Program-made: the position numbers and the translations under genes
Notes under the pieces: generated by a model
What the model saw: only the letters and a program-made list of their open reading frames with translations
Database searches by the model: none
What the model was told of the DNA's origin: nothing
In this document: positions 47,900-62,190 of the stretch, piece after piece
How positions within the stretch are numbered: the first letter of the stretch is position 1
Layout of the letters: each line of letters starts with the position of its first letter
Assembly (NCBI RefSeq): GCF_020745735.1
Contig: NC_083410.1
Location: forward strand, 3,632,117 to 3,696,116
Source: Hemiscyllium ocellatum
Taxonomy: Eukaryota
DNA length: 64,000 bases
Reading direction: 5' to 3'

Positions 47900-50370
47900 T
47901 GCAATTATTCTGATAAGATTATACCACGGCCCCATCCTACAGTCACGGAGACATTAAGACGCAAATATGCAGGCAGATTATGGAAAGATGCAATAAAAAC
48001 AGAATTGTCATAGTGAGTGACTTTAACTTCCCCAATATTGACTGGGACTCCCTCAGAGCAAGAGGCTTAGACAGGGCAAAGTGTGTTAATGCATCCAAAA
48101 TGGTTTCTTGAAACAGTAAGTGGATAGTCCAACTAGAGGAGTGGCCATACTTGTATTGGCTAATGAGCCTGGCCAGGTGACTGACCCTTCAGTGGGAGAG
48201 CATTTTGGAAATAGTGATCACAACACTTTAAATTTTAAGATAGCTATAAACAAAGTTAAGTCAGGACCTTGCGGGAAGCTACTAAATTGGGAAAAGGCAA
48301 ATTACGTCAGTATTAGGTAGGAGCCAGGGAGTGTTAATTGGGAGGAGCTGTTATGTGGCAAGGTCATGTTTGTCATGTGGAAATTGTTTGAAGAACTGCT
48401 GATGAGAGTTCAGGACTGGCATGTTCCAGTAAGGAGGAAGGACAAGGGAGAGCAAGGGTGTTTCGGAATTGAATCAAAAGGAAAAAGGAAGGATATATTA
48501 GGTTTAGGAAGCTAAAAATGGACAGACCCATGACAAATAGAAGGAAAGCAGGAAATTAATCAAACAGGAATTAGGAGACCAAGGAGAGGCCATGAAATTA
48601 CTTTGGCGAATATCGTTAAAGAAACTCGAAAGGTTTTCTATAGATACATTAAAAACAAGAGGATAACTAGGGAGAAGGTAGAACCGCTGAAGGTTAAAGA
48701 AGGGAACTTGTGCTTGGGAGTAGAGGATGTGGTTGAGATCCTGAATGAATACTTTGCATCCGTATTCACTCAGGAGAGGGATATGGAGGATAGAGAGATT
48801 TATGTGAAGCATACTAATATGTTCAGGAATTTTGGGACCAAGAAAAAAGTGGTTTTGGATCTCTTCAAGAGCATTAAGCTGGATAAGTCTTCAGGGCCTA
48901 ATGGTATCTCCCCCAGGCTCTTTTAAATTAGATTACTTACAGTGTGGAAACAGGCCCTTCGGCCCAACAAGTCCACACCGACCCGCCGAAGCGCAACCCA
49001 CCCATACCCCTACATACACCCCTTACCTAACACTACGGGCAATTTAGCATGGCCAATTCACCTGACCCGCACATCTTTGGACTGTGGGAGGAAACCGGAG
49101 CACCCGGAGGAAACCCACGCAGACACGGGGAGAACGTGCAAACTCCACACAGTCAGTCGCCTAAGTCGGGAATTGAACCCGGGTCTCAGGCGCTGTGAGG
49201 CAGCAGTGCTAACCACTGTGCCACCGTGCCGCCCATTCAGTATTTGTTAACAGTATTTGAGAGAGGTAAGACAGGAGATTGCTGGGGCAGTGACTGAGAT
49301 ATTTAAATCCTCGCTAGCCACTGGAGTGGTCCCACAGGACTGACATGTAGCTAATGTTGTTCATCTTTTCAAGAAGTGAAACAGATAATTCAGGAAAGTA
49401 TAGATTATTGAGTCTCACACCGCTGGTTGGGAAGCGATGGGAGAGGATTCTTTGGGATAGGAATTATGCATATTTGGAAAGAATGTCAGCATGGCTTTAT
49501 GCAGGCAGGCCTTCTGTTACTAAGTGACTGAATTTTTTAGAAGGTGATCAATGAGGGTAGAGCAGTGGCTATTGTTTATTTGGATTATTAAGGATTTTGC
49601 CAAGGTCCCTCATGGTAGGCTCCTCATGAAAAGTAAGGTGCAAGCGAGCCATGATGACTTGGCTGTGTGGGATGACAGAATGGGATTAATGTACAGAAGG
49701 ATCTTGGGGTTCAAGTCCAAAGTTTTTTGAAAGTGACCACACTTGTAGCTTGTCTTTATTGGTCAGGGAATTGAGTACAAGAGTCAGGATGTCACTTTGC
49801 AGCTTTATAAGACTGTGGTGCAATCACACATAGAGTCCTCCATTGAATTATGGTCACAGTATTACAGGAAGGATGTGAGACTTTGGAGAGGATGCAGAAA
49901 GGTTTACATGATGCTGCCTAGATTACAGGAGAAAAGCTTTCAGGAGAGGCTAGAAAAACTTAGATTGGTTTCACTTGAGTGGTGAAGCCTGAGGGGAGAC
50001 TTAATAAAAGTCTATAAAATTATGAGTTGCATAGATAGGGTTGACGACAGAATATTTTTCCCAAATTGAAGCATGTAATACTAGGGTGCTTGCAGCCCAG
50101 GTGAGAGGGAGAAAGTTAAAAGGAGATGTGAGAGGATTTTTTTAACGCAGATAGATGTAGGAGTCTGGAACCCACTACCAGAGATGATGGTTGAGGCAGA
50201 TGAAATAAGGACATTTAAGAGACTTTAGATAAGCACATGAATGTACAAGGTATGGATGATATGAATTAAGGGCAGGAAGTAGGGAGTAGTTTCCTTTGGC
50301 ATCACATTTGGCACAACATCGTGGGCTGAAGGGTCCGTTTCTGTATTGTACTGTTCAATGTTCTATGTTT
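47900..50370 (+). mobile_element. CR1 LINE ORF2, decayed; its 5' part is duplicated at about 63030-64000
   Basis: ORFs 48120..48320, 48603..48926 and 49797..49985; colinear match to the window end. Confidence 0.85.
48928..49233 (-). mobile_element. HE1-type tRNA-derived SINE (young copy)
   Basis: Minus strand GGCACGGTGGCACAGTGGTTAGC (A box), GGTTCAATTCC (B box), and 3' tail gggcctgtttccacactgtaagtaatct resembling the CR1 3' end. Confidence 0.92.
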
Positions 50371-53358
50371 GATGATCTCTGGTGATCCATTTATTGTTCA
50401 GATACTGCAGCATCTTCTGGGAAGTTCTCTCATTCCTTGCTTATCCTGCTCACTGCTTTCTTCACAATGGTCACCTCTCCCTGAGCCTGATTCCTCACAA
50501 CCCTCCCACTATCATGTGCACAGTGCCTCTGTGTATTTACTGGGACTGGGGATCTCCTAATTACTCACTGACTCTGTGTTGCCCTGTGTCCAGGAGCTCC
50601 TCAGAGAGCCAGAACTCAGCTTGTTAGACCCACCAGCTCCCAAGGCTCCTGCCAAACCCAATCCCACCAACCCCCTCTAGCCCAGGATACATTGGCTCTC
50701 ATCTCAGAATGATGGACAGAACAGAGGATCTCCCAGTTCATCTGATCTTGGGCCTGGACAAGGCAGCCATTGACAGGTGCAGGAAGTGGCTAGTGGAGGT
50801 TATCCAGGCTGTGCCTATTGTGTGGTTATGGCCATCCCTTGGTGTCCTGGGACATAGAGAATGCATGTCCATTGCTTTCCGTGCGACATCCGGAGTATAC
50901 TATAGGGGTTGGACAGTGTCATCAGCTCCAGCAATGGGATCTGACTGTCACTTCAAGAAGTATCGTTATGTTCTCAGTTGATGTTAGTATTGGACAAATT
51001 CAATCCCAGACTGAAACCTGGATTGGGTTTAATTTTGCATAAAATGTGCTGGCTTATCGCTGAGAAACAAACACACAATGCTGCACATTTGGTTTCAACA
51101 ATAAAACAGATAATCTCAGCTTCAAATAAACCATCTAAGAGTCTAAAGAATCAGTTTGGGTTTGGAATTATTAAAATTAAACTGCTTATACTGAGGTCCC
51201 CTATTTCTTAACAGTCCAAAACTATCACCTTTCATCAGAGGAAATTGAGATATTTAACTCCTAACAGGACCCTGTGACTTGAAACAATAAGATATTCCAA
51301 CCAATACCTCTTTCTTCCAAACAAAAAAAAACCTAATTCCATTGATCAGAATGATTTCAACATTGTCAGCTTTACCTTGTCAGCTCATAAAATGTCTTTG
51401 AATGGAAACACATTCCCATTCGCACTCCAAGAACGGTCAGATTAGGATATCTGGTCTGAGTGGACAAAAGGGTCTGGTTCCATGGTGAATGACTCAATAA
51501 CTCAAGGACTCTCAAACTTCAGAAATATTCCCATTTTAACCTTTAAATCCCCTCACGCACACACAGACCAAAGCTGACATGTCACTCATTCAAAATCCAA
51601 ATTCCCAAAAAAATGATATTAAAAGCATACAGAAGCCACAGACTCACAGTGTTTAGAGTGAAATAGGGGGAAATGCTGTAGTAATCATGCCCCAATTAAC
51701 GACAGGCCACACTAAATGTGTTACTGAATCAACAATAAAACCAATTTGTCACTGTTCTGTTGTCTGATTTAAAGTTTAAAAAGCAGGTTCATTAAAGAAG
51801 TGAAAAATATTTATTATTAGCAAGACAGATTCTTCAAACAAGTAGACATTGTAGTTAGCAACTACATTTCTACTTGAGATTAAATCTTTAATCTCAAACA
51901 GACATTTATTCACAGACAAGGCAACACAGCTCTGCAGAAATAATTTGAGATATTGTTAAAAAAAATACCTGAAAGAAAGACCATCCCAGTGGGGCATGGA
52001 AGTCCCATCAGAAAGTAGAATGTGTTAAATTCTCAGAGTTACTTAAATTTCTTGTCAATGAGGCTGATACCTGAAAGTGAAACATTGCTGGGAGATCTTC
52101 TGACCATAATTCAGATTCCAATGGGTAATTGTTACAAATCCTGACATTGGAAACTTTATCTTTGCAAATACTTCATGAAGAGATTTTATCAGTTTTTTCC
52201 TTGTCTTTTACTGACTGAGTGGGAGAAACTGTGCAGCTGGTCCAGGTTGAAGATGCCTTCTTTTTTTATCAAAAGAGAGGGATTCTTTTTGCTGCTTTTT
52301 CATCAGCTTGACAATTTTGCTTCAGCCGCTCTCCTTAAATATCGAAATATTTCCACATTCCAGCTTCTCACAGTTCATGCTCTTTACTGCCATCCAAATA
52401 TGGGTTTCTGGTCAGTGTTTTCTATCAGTTACAGAACTTGAAAGGGTGGTTCTGATGTAACCTGAAACAGTTAATGCCTTTTTTTCAACTAACAAGCATA
52501 CTCCCAGCTCTGTCTGCTCCTGTTCATCCATTAGAATTGCACTTTTAAATAAAATTGTCTCCACTGCTCTTATTTCTTCACCCAATCTGAAATCCTCACA
52601 TCTCTTTGCATTACATTTGATCTGCTATTGGCTGCCCACTCCCCCACAATGGGACACGTAGGAGAGAAAACTTCACAAGCTACCTGAGCCAGGATGGTGT
52701 CTGAATCCAGGCTCTCAGCAACATTCAACATGAAGCTCCAGGTGATTATATTGGAAACTCCCAGAATATTTTGATCACTCTTCCCCAGTCAGGTGGCTTG
52801 GATGGCTGGAGTATAACGTAGAATAATGACAACATCTCAGCTTCAATCCCAGTCTCAGCTGTGGGAGCTCATGGAGATCAAGCCCCTCCCCTTGCTCCAT
52901 ACTCGATGTGGTGTGGTTCCCTTTAACCTGGATTGAACCAATTGTGTTTGGAATGGAGAGAGATGTATATGTCCCTTTGTGCTGTATGGTTCATTCCCAA
53001 TCCCTGGGAGGTTCCCCTGCAGATGTTGGACCTCACAAGGCAATCCTCCTGACTCTATTCACCCCAATGACACTGACACTCCTGTGATTCAAATGAAATT
53101 AATATCACTCATTCTCCAGGAAAAAAAGCTCCACATTTCCCACAAAATTCTTCTCCCATTCTCACAAAAGTAAATCCCCTTTTTCCCAACCCCACCACCA
53201 ACATTGAACCTGAGCTTAGCTGTCCTCCCCACAGTGAATCCATCCCTAAGAACACTCTTTATCACCATCTCAATCTTCTTGATCACAAACTGATCTCCAA
53301 TTCATTCACTGGGCACGAGGTTATTGCTGGAGATGACTGTTGTGTAAACTCCACTCAC

Positions 53359-56300
53359 TGTTCACAGTGAGCTGGCTTCTGTCACTAAGGATACTTCCCC
53401 AAACTGAGCAGTAATATACTGAGGGGGACTGGGAGGAAGCAGCCAGTGCAGGGACCCCCTGCGGTTGTTCCCCACAAGAACAAGTATACCGTTTTGGATA
53501 CTTGTGGGGGGGAAGGACTTACCAGGGTAAGCAATGGCGTTTAGGCCTCTGGCATGGAGCCTGTACCCGTTGCTCAGAAGGGAAGGGTGGAGAAGAGCAG
53601 AGCAATAGTTATTGGGTACTCGATAGGTCGGGGCGGTTTTGCGGGGGTGAGAGAGACTCACGATTGGTATGTTTCCTCCCAGGTGCAAGGGTACGTGACG
53701 TCTCTGATCGTGTTTTCCGGGTCCTTAAGGGGGAGGGGAAGCAGCCCGAATTCGTGGTCCACATTGGCACCAACGACATAGGTAGGAAGAGGGATGAGGA
53801 TGTTAGGCAGGCTTTCAGGGAGCTAGGTTTGAAGCTCAGAGCCAGAACAAACAGAGTTGTTGTCTCTGGTTTGTTACCCGAGCCACGTGATAGAGAGTCG
53901 AGGAATAGGGAGAGAGAACAGTTAAATGTGTGGCTACAGGGCTGGTGTGGGAGGGAGGGATTTCGGTATCTGGATAACTAGGGTTCTTTCTGGGGAAGGT
54001 GGGACCTCTATAAATAGGATGGTCTACACCTGAACCTGAGGAGCACCAGTATCCTTGGGGGGAGGTTTGCTAGTGCTCTTTGGGTGGGTGGGGGGGGGGT
54101 TTAAACTAACTCTGCAGGGGCATGGGAACCTGGACTGTAGCTTTAGGGTGCAGGACCTGGAGTGTAGGGAGGTTAGGAACATGGCATCAATCTTGAAGGA
54201 GGGTGCCTGTAAACAGGAAGGTGATTTGAAGTGTGTATACTTCAATGCCAGAAGTATACGAAATAAGGTAGGTGAACTTGCAGCGTGGGTTGGTACCTGG
54301 GATTTTGATGTTTTGGCTATTACGGAGACATGGGTAGAACAGGGACAGGAGTGGCTGTTGCAGGTTCCAGGGTTTAAATGTTTTAGTAGGGTCAGAGGTG
54401 GGGGTAAAAGCGGGGGAGGTGTGGCATTGCTTGTCAAGGATAGTATTACAGCGGTGGAAAGGACGATGGATGAAGACTCGCCATCTGAGGTAGTTTGGGC
54501 TGAGCTTAGAAATAGGAAAGGTGAGGTCACCCTGTTAGGAGTTTTCTACAGGCCTCCTAATAGTCCTAGAGACATAGAAGAAAGCATTGCGAGGATAATT
54601 CAGAAGAAGAGTGAAAGTTATAGGGTGGTTGTTATGAGGGATTTTAACTTTCCAGATATTGACTGGGAAAGCTATAGCGCGAGTACGTTAGATGGGTCGG
54701 TGTTTGTCCAATGTGTGCAGGAGGGTTTCCTGACACAATATGTAGACAGGCCAACAAGAGATGAGGCCATACTGGATTTGGTTCTGGGTAACAAACCAGG
54801 CCAGGTGTTAGAATTGGAGGTAGGTGAGCACTTGGGTACAGTGACCACAATTCAGTGACTTTTACTCTAGTGATGGAGAGGGATAAGTGTGCACTGCAGG
54901 GCAAGAGTTATAGCTGGGGGCAGGGAAATTATGATGCGGTGAGGCATGACTTAGGATGCGTGACTTGGAAAAGTAGGCTTCAAGGGAAGGACCCAATCAA
55001 TATGTGGAACTTGTTCAAGGACCAGCTATTGAGTGCCCTTGATAAGTATGTACCTGTCAGGCACGGAGGAAAGGGTCATGTGAAGGAGCTGTGGTTTAAT
55101 AAGGAATTGGAATCCCTTGTTAAAGGGAAGAGGGCGGCCTATGTAAAGATGAGGCTTGAAGGTTCAATTGGGGCGATTGAGAGTTATAAGGTAGCCAGGA
55201 AGGAACTAAAGAGAGAGCTAAGAGCAGCAAGGAGGGGACATGAAAAGTCCTTGGTTGGTAGGATTAGGGAAAACCCAAAGGTTTTCTATAGGTATGCCAG
55301 GAATAAAAGAATTACTAGGGTAGGAATAGGTCCAGTCAAGGATAGTAGTGGGAAGTTGTGTGTGGAGGCTGAAGAGATTGGAGAGACACTGAATGAATAC
55401 TTTTCATCAGTATTCACTCAGGAACAGGACATTGTTGCCGATGTGAATATTGAGTCACAATTAATCAGAATGGATGGCTTTGAGGTATGTTGGGAAGAGG
55501 TGTTGGAAATTTTGGAAAGGGTGAAAATAGATAAGTCCCCTGGGCCTGATGACATTTATTCTAGGGTTCTCTGGGAAGCAAGGGAGGAGATTGCAGAGCC
55601 ATTGGCCTTGATTTTTATGTCCTCATTGTCTACAGGAACAGTGCCAGATGACTGAAGGATAGCAAATGTGGTTCCCTTGTTCAAGAAGGGGAGTAGGGAT
55701 AACGCTAGTAACTATAGGCCGGTGAGTCTCACTTCTGTTGTGGGCAAAGTCTTAGAAAGAATTGTAAGGGATAGGATTTATGAACATCTGGGTAGGAATA
55801 ATGTGATCAAGGATAGTCAGCATGGTTTTGTGAAGGGCAGGTCATGCCTCACAAACCTTATTGAATTCTTTGAGAAGTTGACTAAGGAGGTGGATGAGGG
55901 TAAAGCAGTAGATGTGGCGTATATGGATTTTAGTAAGGCATTTGATAAGGTTCCCCATGGTAGGATACTGCAAAAAATACGGAGATATGGCATTGAGGGT
56001 GCGTTAGAGGTTTGGATTAGGGATTGGCTGGCTGGAAGAAGACAGAGGGTAGTAGTTGATGATAAAGTTTCATCTTGGAGTGTAGTTACTAACGGTGTTC
56101 CGCAAGGATCTGTTTTGGGACCATTGCTGTTTATCATTTTTATAAATGACCTGGAGGAGGGGCTAGAAGGTTGGGTGAGCAAGTTTGCAGATGATATGAA
56201 AGTCGGTGGAGTTGTTGACAGTGAGGAAGGATGTGGCAGGTTACAGCGGGATATAGATAAGCTGCAGACCTGGACAGAAAGGTGGCAAATGGAGTTCAAT

Positions 56301-57349
56301 GTAGGTAAGTGTGAAGTGATTCACTTTGGTAAGAGTAACAAGAAGATGGGCTACTGGGCTAATGGTCGGATACTTGGTAGTGTGGATGAGCAGAGGGATC
56401 TTGGTGTCCATGTACAGAGATCTCTGAAAGTTTCCACCCAGGTAAATAGTGCTGTGAAGAAGGCATATGGTGTACTGGCTTTTATTGGTAGAGGAATTGA
56501 GTTCCAGAGTCCTGAGGTCATGTTGCAGTTGTATAAGACTCTGGTGCGGCCGCATCTGGAGTATTGTGTGAGTTTTGATCGCCATACTATAGGAAGGATG
56601 TGGAGGCACTGAAACGGGTGCAGAGGAGGTTTACCAGGATGTTGCCTGGTATGGTAGGAAGTTCATATTTGGAAAGGCTGAGGCACTTGGGGCTGTTTTC
56701 ATTGGAGAAAAGAAAGTTTAGGGGTGACTTGATAGAGATGTACAAGATGATTAGGGGTTTAGATAGAGTTGACAATGAGAACCTTTTTCCACGTACGGAG
56801 TCAGCAATACAAGGGGGCATAGCTTTAAATTAAGGGGAGGTAGGTTTAGGTCAGATGCTAGGGGTAGATTCTTTACTCAGCGAGTCATGAGTTCATGGAA
56901 TGCCCTGCCAGTAACAGTGGTGGACTCTCCCTCTTTATGGGCATTTAAATGGGCATTGAATAGGCATATGGAGGATAGTGGTCTAATGTAGGTTAGGTGG
57001 GCTTGGGTCGGCGCAACATCGAGGGGCAAAGGGCCTGTACTGCGCTGTATTTTTCTATTCTATACCCCAGTATCACTGGGCTGCATGTTTGTGATGGTCA
57101 GAATGAAGCTGTCATTGGAAGGGTCACTGGAAGGGTGGAATCACTCAGTGAATCCTTAGTCCTATATTGCTCAATTTAAAACATAATGTTCCAAAATCCA
57201 CTCCCTCTGACACCCTTGTTACTTGCAGTAACAGTAAACATCGGTGCATGTCACAGCGGCGTTCATCCCGGTGCACCGTAACTGGGCAGTGTGACCCTCT
57301 GTGACACATTCCAGGATCAGTGACTGGAGGAGGACTGGGGCAGATGTAC
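53359..57349 (-). pseudogene. Pseudo-V exon C (V1/V2-like), split by a CR1 insertion
   Basis: Removing 53420-57065 restores a 345-nt exon ...[27 protein letters not shown] with intact AG and GTGAGT but several in-frame stops. Confidence 0.92.
53420..57060 (+). mobile_element. CR1-clade LINE, 5'-truncated in ORF1, 5-bp TSD TATAC
   Basis: ORF1 SGNH-esterase-like VVHIGTND (53502..53981); ORF2 APE (VYFNARSIRNK...ITETW, 54055..54858) and RT ([27 protein letters not shown], 55668..56612), broken by frameshifts and stops. TSD at 53415-53419 and 57061-57065. Confidence 0.95.
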
Positions 57350-58232
57350 CTTCAAAATAAAAAAAAACTAATAAATGAACAGCAATCTGATTGTTCTCAT
57401 TTCCCACCAGGATTTAAAGGGACCAATCCAAAAATCTAAGTCCTACATTAAAGAGAGGAAACAGGTTGTCAGACTGAACCAGTTGAGATGGTTTGTTCCT
57501 GATTGATATCCTGACTATCAGTCACTGGGTGCTGAGAACAGTAATACAGATGTTGTTATAACAGTGACATGTTGAGCTCACACTGTCGAACTGCGGTCTG
57601 ACACAAGCTAACTCGCACACACTGCAATCCTCTTCCCTGGACTATTCATAGTGGGAGAGGCTTCCTGACAAACCAAAGCAGATGTAAGGATTGGAACTGG
57701 GAAGGGTCTGCTAACTTTATGGCCTTCTGATACAAAGGTTTCAATTTAAGTGCTCTCCGCGCACTTGCAAACTTTCAAGCTGCTGCTCACTGACATCCAT
57801 TTTAAATTCTAAGCAGAGAAAAAACACATAATCTTTTAAAAGTACCATGCAATGCTTCCTACCACCCTCCCAGCTCATTACAAACACCAAATTCAACCTT
57901 CCTGCCTCCCATTCTATAACTAAGTTACCCAACTTTGCATCTATATATGTTATAAACAGCAGAGGTTTCCACAGATTCGTGTGGAACACCATGAGTCACG
58001 AATATCCAAAATAAAAAAAAATACTCTTCGACCACTACCGTCTGCCTTTGATGGGCAAACCAATTCTGAATTTATATAGCACCATCACTGTGGATCCCAT
58101 GCAACCTAATCTTCTGGATGAGCCGACCAAGAGGGACCTTGTCAAAAGCCTACTAAATCCATGAAAACAACATCTACTGATCTGTCCTCGTCAATCACAT
58201 TTGTCACCTCCTCGAAAAATTCAATAAAGTTT

Positions 58233-58505
58233 TTAGATTAGATTACTTACAGTGTGGAAACAGGCCCTTCAGCCCAACAAGTTCACACTGACCCTCCGAA
58301 GAGCAATCCACCCCCCTACATTTACCCCTTCACTTAACACTATGGGTAATTTAGCATGGCCAATTCATCTAACCTGTACATTTTTGAACTGTGGGAGGAA
58401 ACTGGAGCAAGCCCACACAGACACAGGGAGAATGTGCAAACTCCACACAAACAGATGACCGAGGAGGGAATTGAACCCAGGTCTCTGTGCTAACCACTGT
58501 GCCAC
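58233..58505 (-). mobile_element. HE1-type SINE nested in a decayed minus-strand CR1 fragment (about 58090-58680)
   Basis: Same family as 48928-49233, with internal deletions. Confidence 0.85.
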
Positions 58506-58698
58506 TAGAAGACAGGACATCCCCTGCACAAAGCCATGCTGACTGTCCCTAATTAGACCATGTTTTTGTGAATGTACTTAAGTCCTATCCTGAAGAATTC
58601 TCTCTAATAGTTTCCCAACCACCGATGTGAGACTCACTGGTCTATAGTTTCCTGCATTATCCTATTTCCCTTCTTGAACAGAGGAACATCATTTTCAT

Positions 58699-58917
58699 AT
58701 TACTGGGCACTCATTCCCTCCCAGACTCTGAGATTACTGGGTACTCAGAACCTCCCAGCCCTGAGATTACTGGTTACTTAGACCATCCCAGACCCTGAAA
58801 TTACTGGATATTCAGACCCTCCCAGACCCTGAAATTACTGGATACTCAGACCCTCTCAAACCCTAGGATTACTGGGCACTCAGAACTCCCAGACCCTGAG
58901 ATTACTGAGCACTCAGA
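58699..58917. repeat. About 34-bp minisatellite, six copies (two copies in the paralog at 34425-34495)
   Basis: Unit ccctcccagaccctgagattactgggcactcaga. Confidence 0.9.
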
Positions 58918-59074
58918 CAGTGCAGCAGCTCAGCATGTGGGTGGAAGATGCAGGAGGCAGTGCAGTCTCTGAGATTATTTGGAGCACACTGCCCTCTGCT
59001 GCTCCCTCTAGCATTGCACACAACAACAGCAGGAACATTGTGGGAACAGATTGAATTGAGAGTTCCTACCAGTT

Positions 59075-59960
59075 ATAGAGTCATAGACATTTACAGCAGG
59101 GAAACAGACTTCAGTCCAACATTGACCAGATATCCCAAACTAACCTAGTCCCATTTGCTAGCACTTGGACCATATCCCTCCAAACCCTTCCTATTCATAC
59201 CCATCCAGTTGCTTTTTAACTGTTGCAATTGTACCAGCCTCCACCACTTCCTCTGGCAGCTCATTCCATACATGCACCACTCTCTGCATGAAAAAGTTGC
59301 CCCTTAGGTCCCTTTTATATCTTTTAGCTTTCACCTTAAAACTATGCACTCTAGTTCTGGACCCCACCCCAGGGAAAAGACTTTGTCTATTTATCCTCCA
59401 AACCTGGCAACATCCTTCTAAATCTTTTCTGAACCCTTTCAAGTTTCACAACATCCTTCCGATAGGAAGGAGACTAGAATTACTCACAATAGTCCAAAAG
59501 TGGCCTAACCAACTTCCTGTCCTCAACATGACCTCCCAGCTCCTATAATCAACATTCTGACCAATAAAGGAAAGCAAACCAAACGCCTTCTTCACTATCC
59601 TATCTAACTGCGACTCTGCTTTCAAGGAGCTATGAACCTGCACTCCAAGGTCTCTTTGTTCAGCAACACTCCCTAGGACCTTGCCATTAGTGGACAAGTC
59701 CTGCTAAGATTTACTTTCCCAAAATGCAGCACCTCACATTTATCTAAATTAAACTCCATCTGCCTCTCTTCAGTCCATAGGCCCATCTGATCAAGAGTTG
59801 TAATTTGTGGTAACCTTCTTCACTGTCCATTATACCTCCAATTTTGGTGTCATCTGCAAACTTACTAACTATACCTCCAATGTTCATATCCAAATGATGC
59901 AAAGTAGTTGACCCAGCATTTGTGCACTCCATTTGTCACAGGCCTCCAGTCTGAAAAACA
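59075..59960 (-). mobile_element. CR1 LINE 3' fragment
   Basis: ORFs 59191..59442(-), 59446..59697(-) and 59744..59932(-) (SKFADDTKIGG). Confidence 0.85.
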
Positions 59961-62190
59961 GCCCTCCACCACCAACCTCTGTCTTCAAAGTTTCATTCTT
60001 TTCAGCTTTTCTGTCAAAACTTGGGACAGCAGCTGTTTGGCTTGCCAGATTATTTCAGAGGGATAGAGAGTTAAGCACTTTATTATGGGTCTGGAGCCAC
60101 ATGAAGGCCAGACTGTGTAGGAATAGCTGGTCCATTTCCGTAATGAAGCTTATGTGGACCAGACGACTTCCAATGACTATTCAATAATTTCAAGATCATT
60201 ATCAATGGAGTGAACATTTTTCTGTTAACTTATTAAATTTCAATTTCCTAGTGGTCATAGTGAGATTTAAAATCAAGTCCCTTTATTATTAGTCTGAGGT
60301 TCTGGATTATTAGTTCGGTATAATTACCATAACAGTTAATTTTGCATTAAAGACAGCTATACACTATTCCACAAAAGTTCAAATCATGGAAGACTATTTC
60401 CTTGTTTTTTTCCAAATTGCCTTCAACCTATTTTCTCTTCCCAGTAACACTTAGTTTAACATTTAACTACTGCATCCACCTCATTAAGATTCTCGAAAAC
60501 ACTTCCACCCCATCAGTACTTGAGTTTTTCAATTACCTTTGCATCTAACTTGAACATAGTCTGGAAGTTGTGTGTCAGCTTGTGCAGTATTTTATTTGTT
60601 ACACCATATTCATCCTTTCTGTCTGTATCTGACATTAGCTTCGTATTAGCAGGAGTGGAACATTCAGCCCCTCTAGCCTGCTATCCCATGCAGTAAGATG
60701 GCAGCTGATAAGTTTGTGTTCTCCATCCACTTTCCTGTCTGACCCTTGACCCCTTGACTCCCTTGTCTCCTGAAACCTCCAGCAGCCAATGGACAGGGTG
60801 GGGTCGTGAAATGACAATTGAGTGTGACGGTGACAGTCAATGTGGCAGCAGGATATGGGAGTTAGACAGTCATCTGACTGGAATCTCTCTCCAGATATTC
60901 CTGAGGAAATGCTGGCTCTGTCCTGGATCAGCCTGTACCTGTTTGCTCCACATCACTGACAGAATCCCGGCTCCCTCTTGGATTCGGGAAGTCTATTTCC
61001 CTTCCTTTATTTCCAGCATTTTTATGGGTGATGGAGGAAGGGAGTAGCCAGTGACCATTCCTTTCTCCCACCCTCTTATCCCTGTTATCCCACCTTTAGT
61101 CTTTCCATTTCTTACCCCTATGTCCCTCACCCTCTCCATTTCCCTTCCTTTCGTTTACTCCCTCCCTCCCTTTGATCTTGTCCCTCTCCCACCCTTTCCC
61201 CAAACTTCTACTGTCTCTCTGTGCCTCTCACCCTCCCATTACTTCCTGCCCTCTCTGTGGTGGCCATTCCCCCTGCTGGCATTTCTCTCAATTTTTCCTT
61301 AGAAGCCCTGTCTTGCTGTGGCTTTAATGGCTGACCGTCCCATTGGTCTAAGTGAATGGAGGACAATCTCATTTCAGACCTTCACAATATATTCTCCTCA
61401 TCCTGGTGTCTCCCCTTCCCTTTCCCAAATAGCTCCTTCTTCAACATTGCTTTTCCAGAATTTTCAATGGGCACAGGAATCGGGTCACGCATGCTGAGTC
61501 GGATGAACAAAGCCTTGAGATCACCTGGCATCAATCCTTGGGATCTGATTGGGATCCAGTCAATGTGGGAGAAAAGGGAACAGTTCACTGGCTTCACTGT
61601 GAGCCTCAGGAACATTGGAGCTAGAAGTGGTTTCTGAAATTGACCAGGGGGGCCTCTTGGATATCTCAATCAAGGAACTGGTATCATCACAATGGGCCAA
61701 ATGGCTTCCTTCTGTTGCTGTATTATTTGATGGTTAAACTTGTTCTTTCTTTCTGTCTGAGACAGGTTCCTGCCTCATTCTCACTTCTCTTTATTTCATC
61801 ATTTGTCTTCTCAGCCCCAGGGAGGGAGAGCATGTGGTCTGGGCTTGATCCTGAATCTGAACCCCTCCACCTCCTCCAATCATCCCAAGGCTGTTTCAGC
61901 TTTTTTCCAATGTCTGTCCAACATGAGGACACTGTAAAGATGAAACATCCCCTTCAGCTCAGCAAACAGCTGCACTGTACTAAACCACAAAGATACCCCT
62001 GAGTGTAAACCCAGAGAGGGCAACTTTGGGGAATGACTGAACCTGAGCTCAGCTTCCTCTCCACAGTGAATCCATCCCCAAGATCACTCTCCACCACCTC
62101 CTCAATCTTCTTGATTACTAACTGATCTTCAATTTATCCACTGGACAAGATGTTATTACTGGATGAGATAGTGATGTAAACTCTACTCAA

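Noticed and set aside
48928-49233. tRNA gene
   Set aside because: The A/B boxes belong to the tRNA-derived head of a HE1-type SINE; there is no full cloverleaf.
58699-58917. CRISPR-like array
   Set aside because: The units are head-to-tail with no unique spacers, and the context is eukaryotic.
61382-61669. Minus-strand ORF as a TM or cytoplasmic exon of a paralogous gene
   Set aside because: It has no hydrophobic helix or signalling motif, and the ORF track shows no matching minus-strand ORF in the paralog at about 35300-35620.
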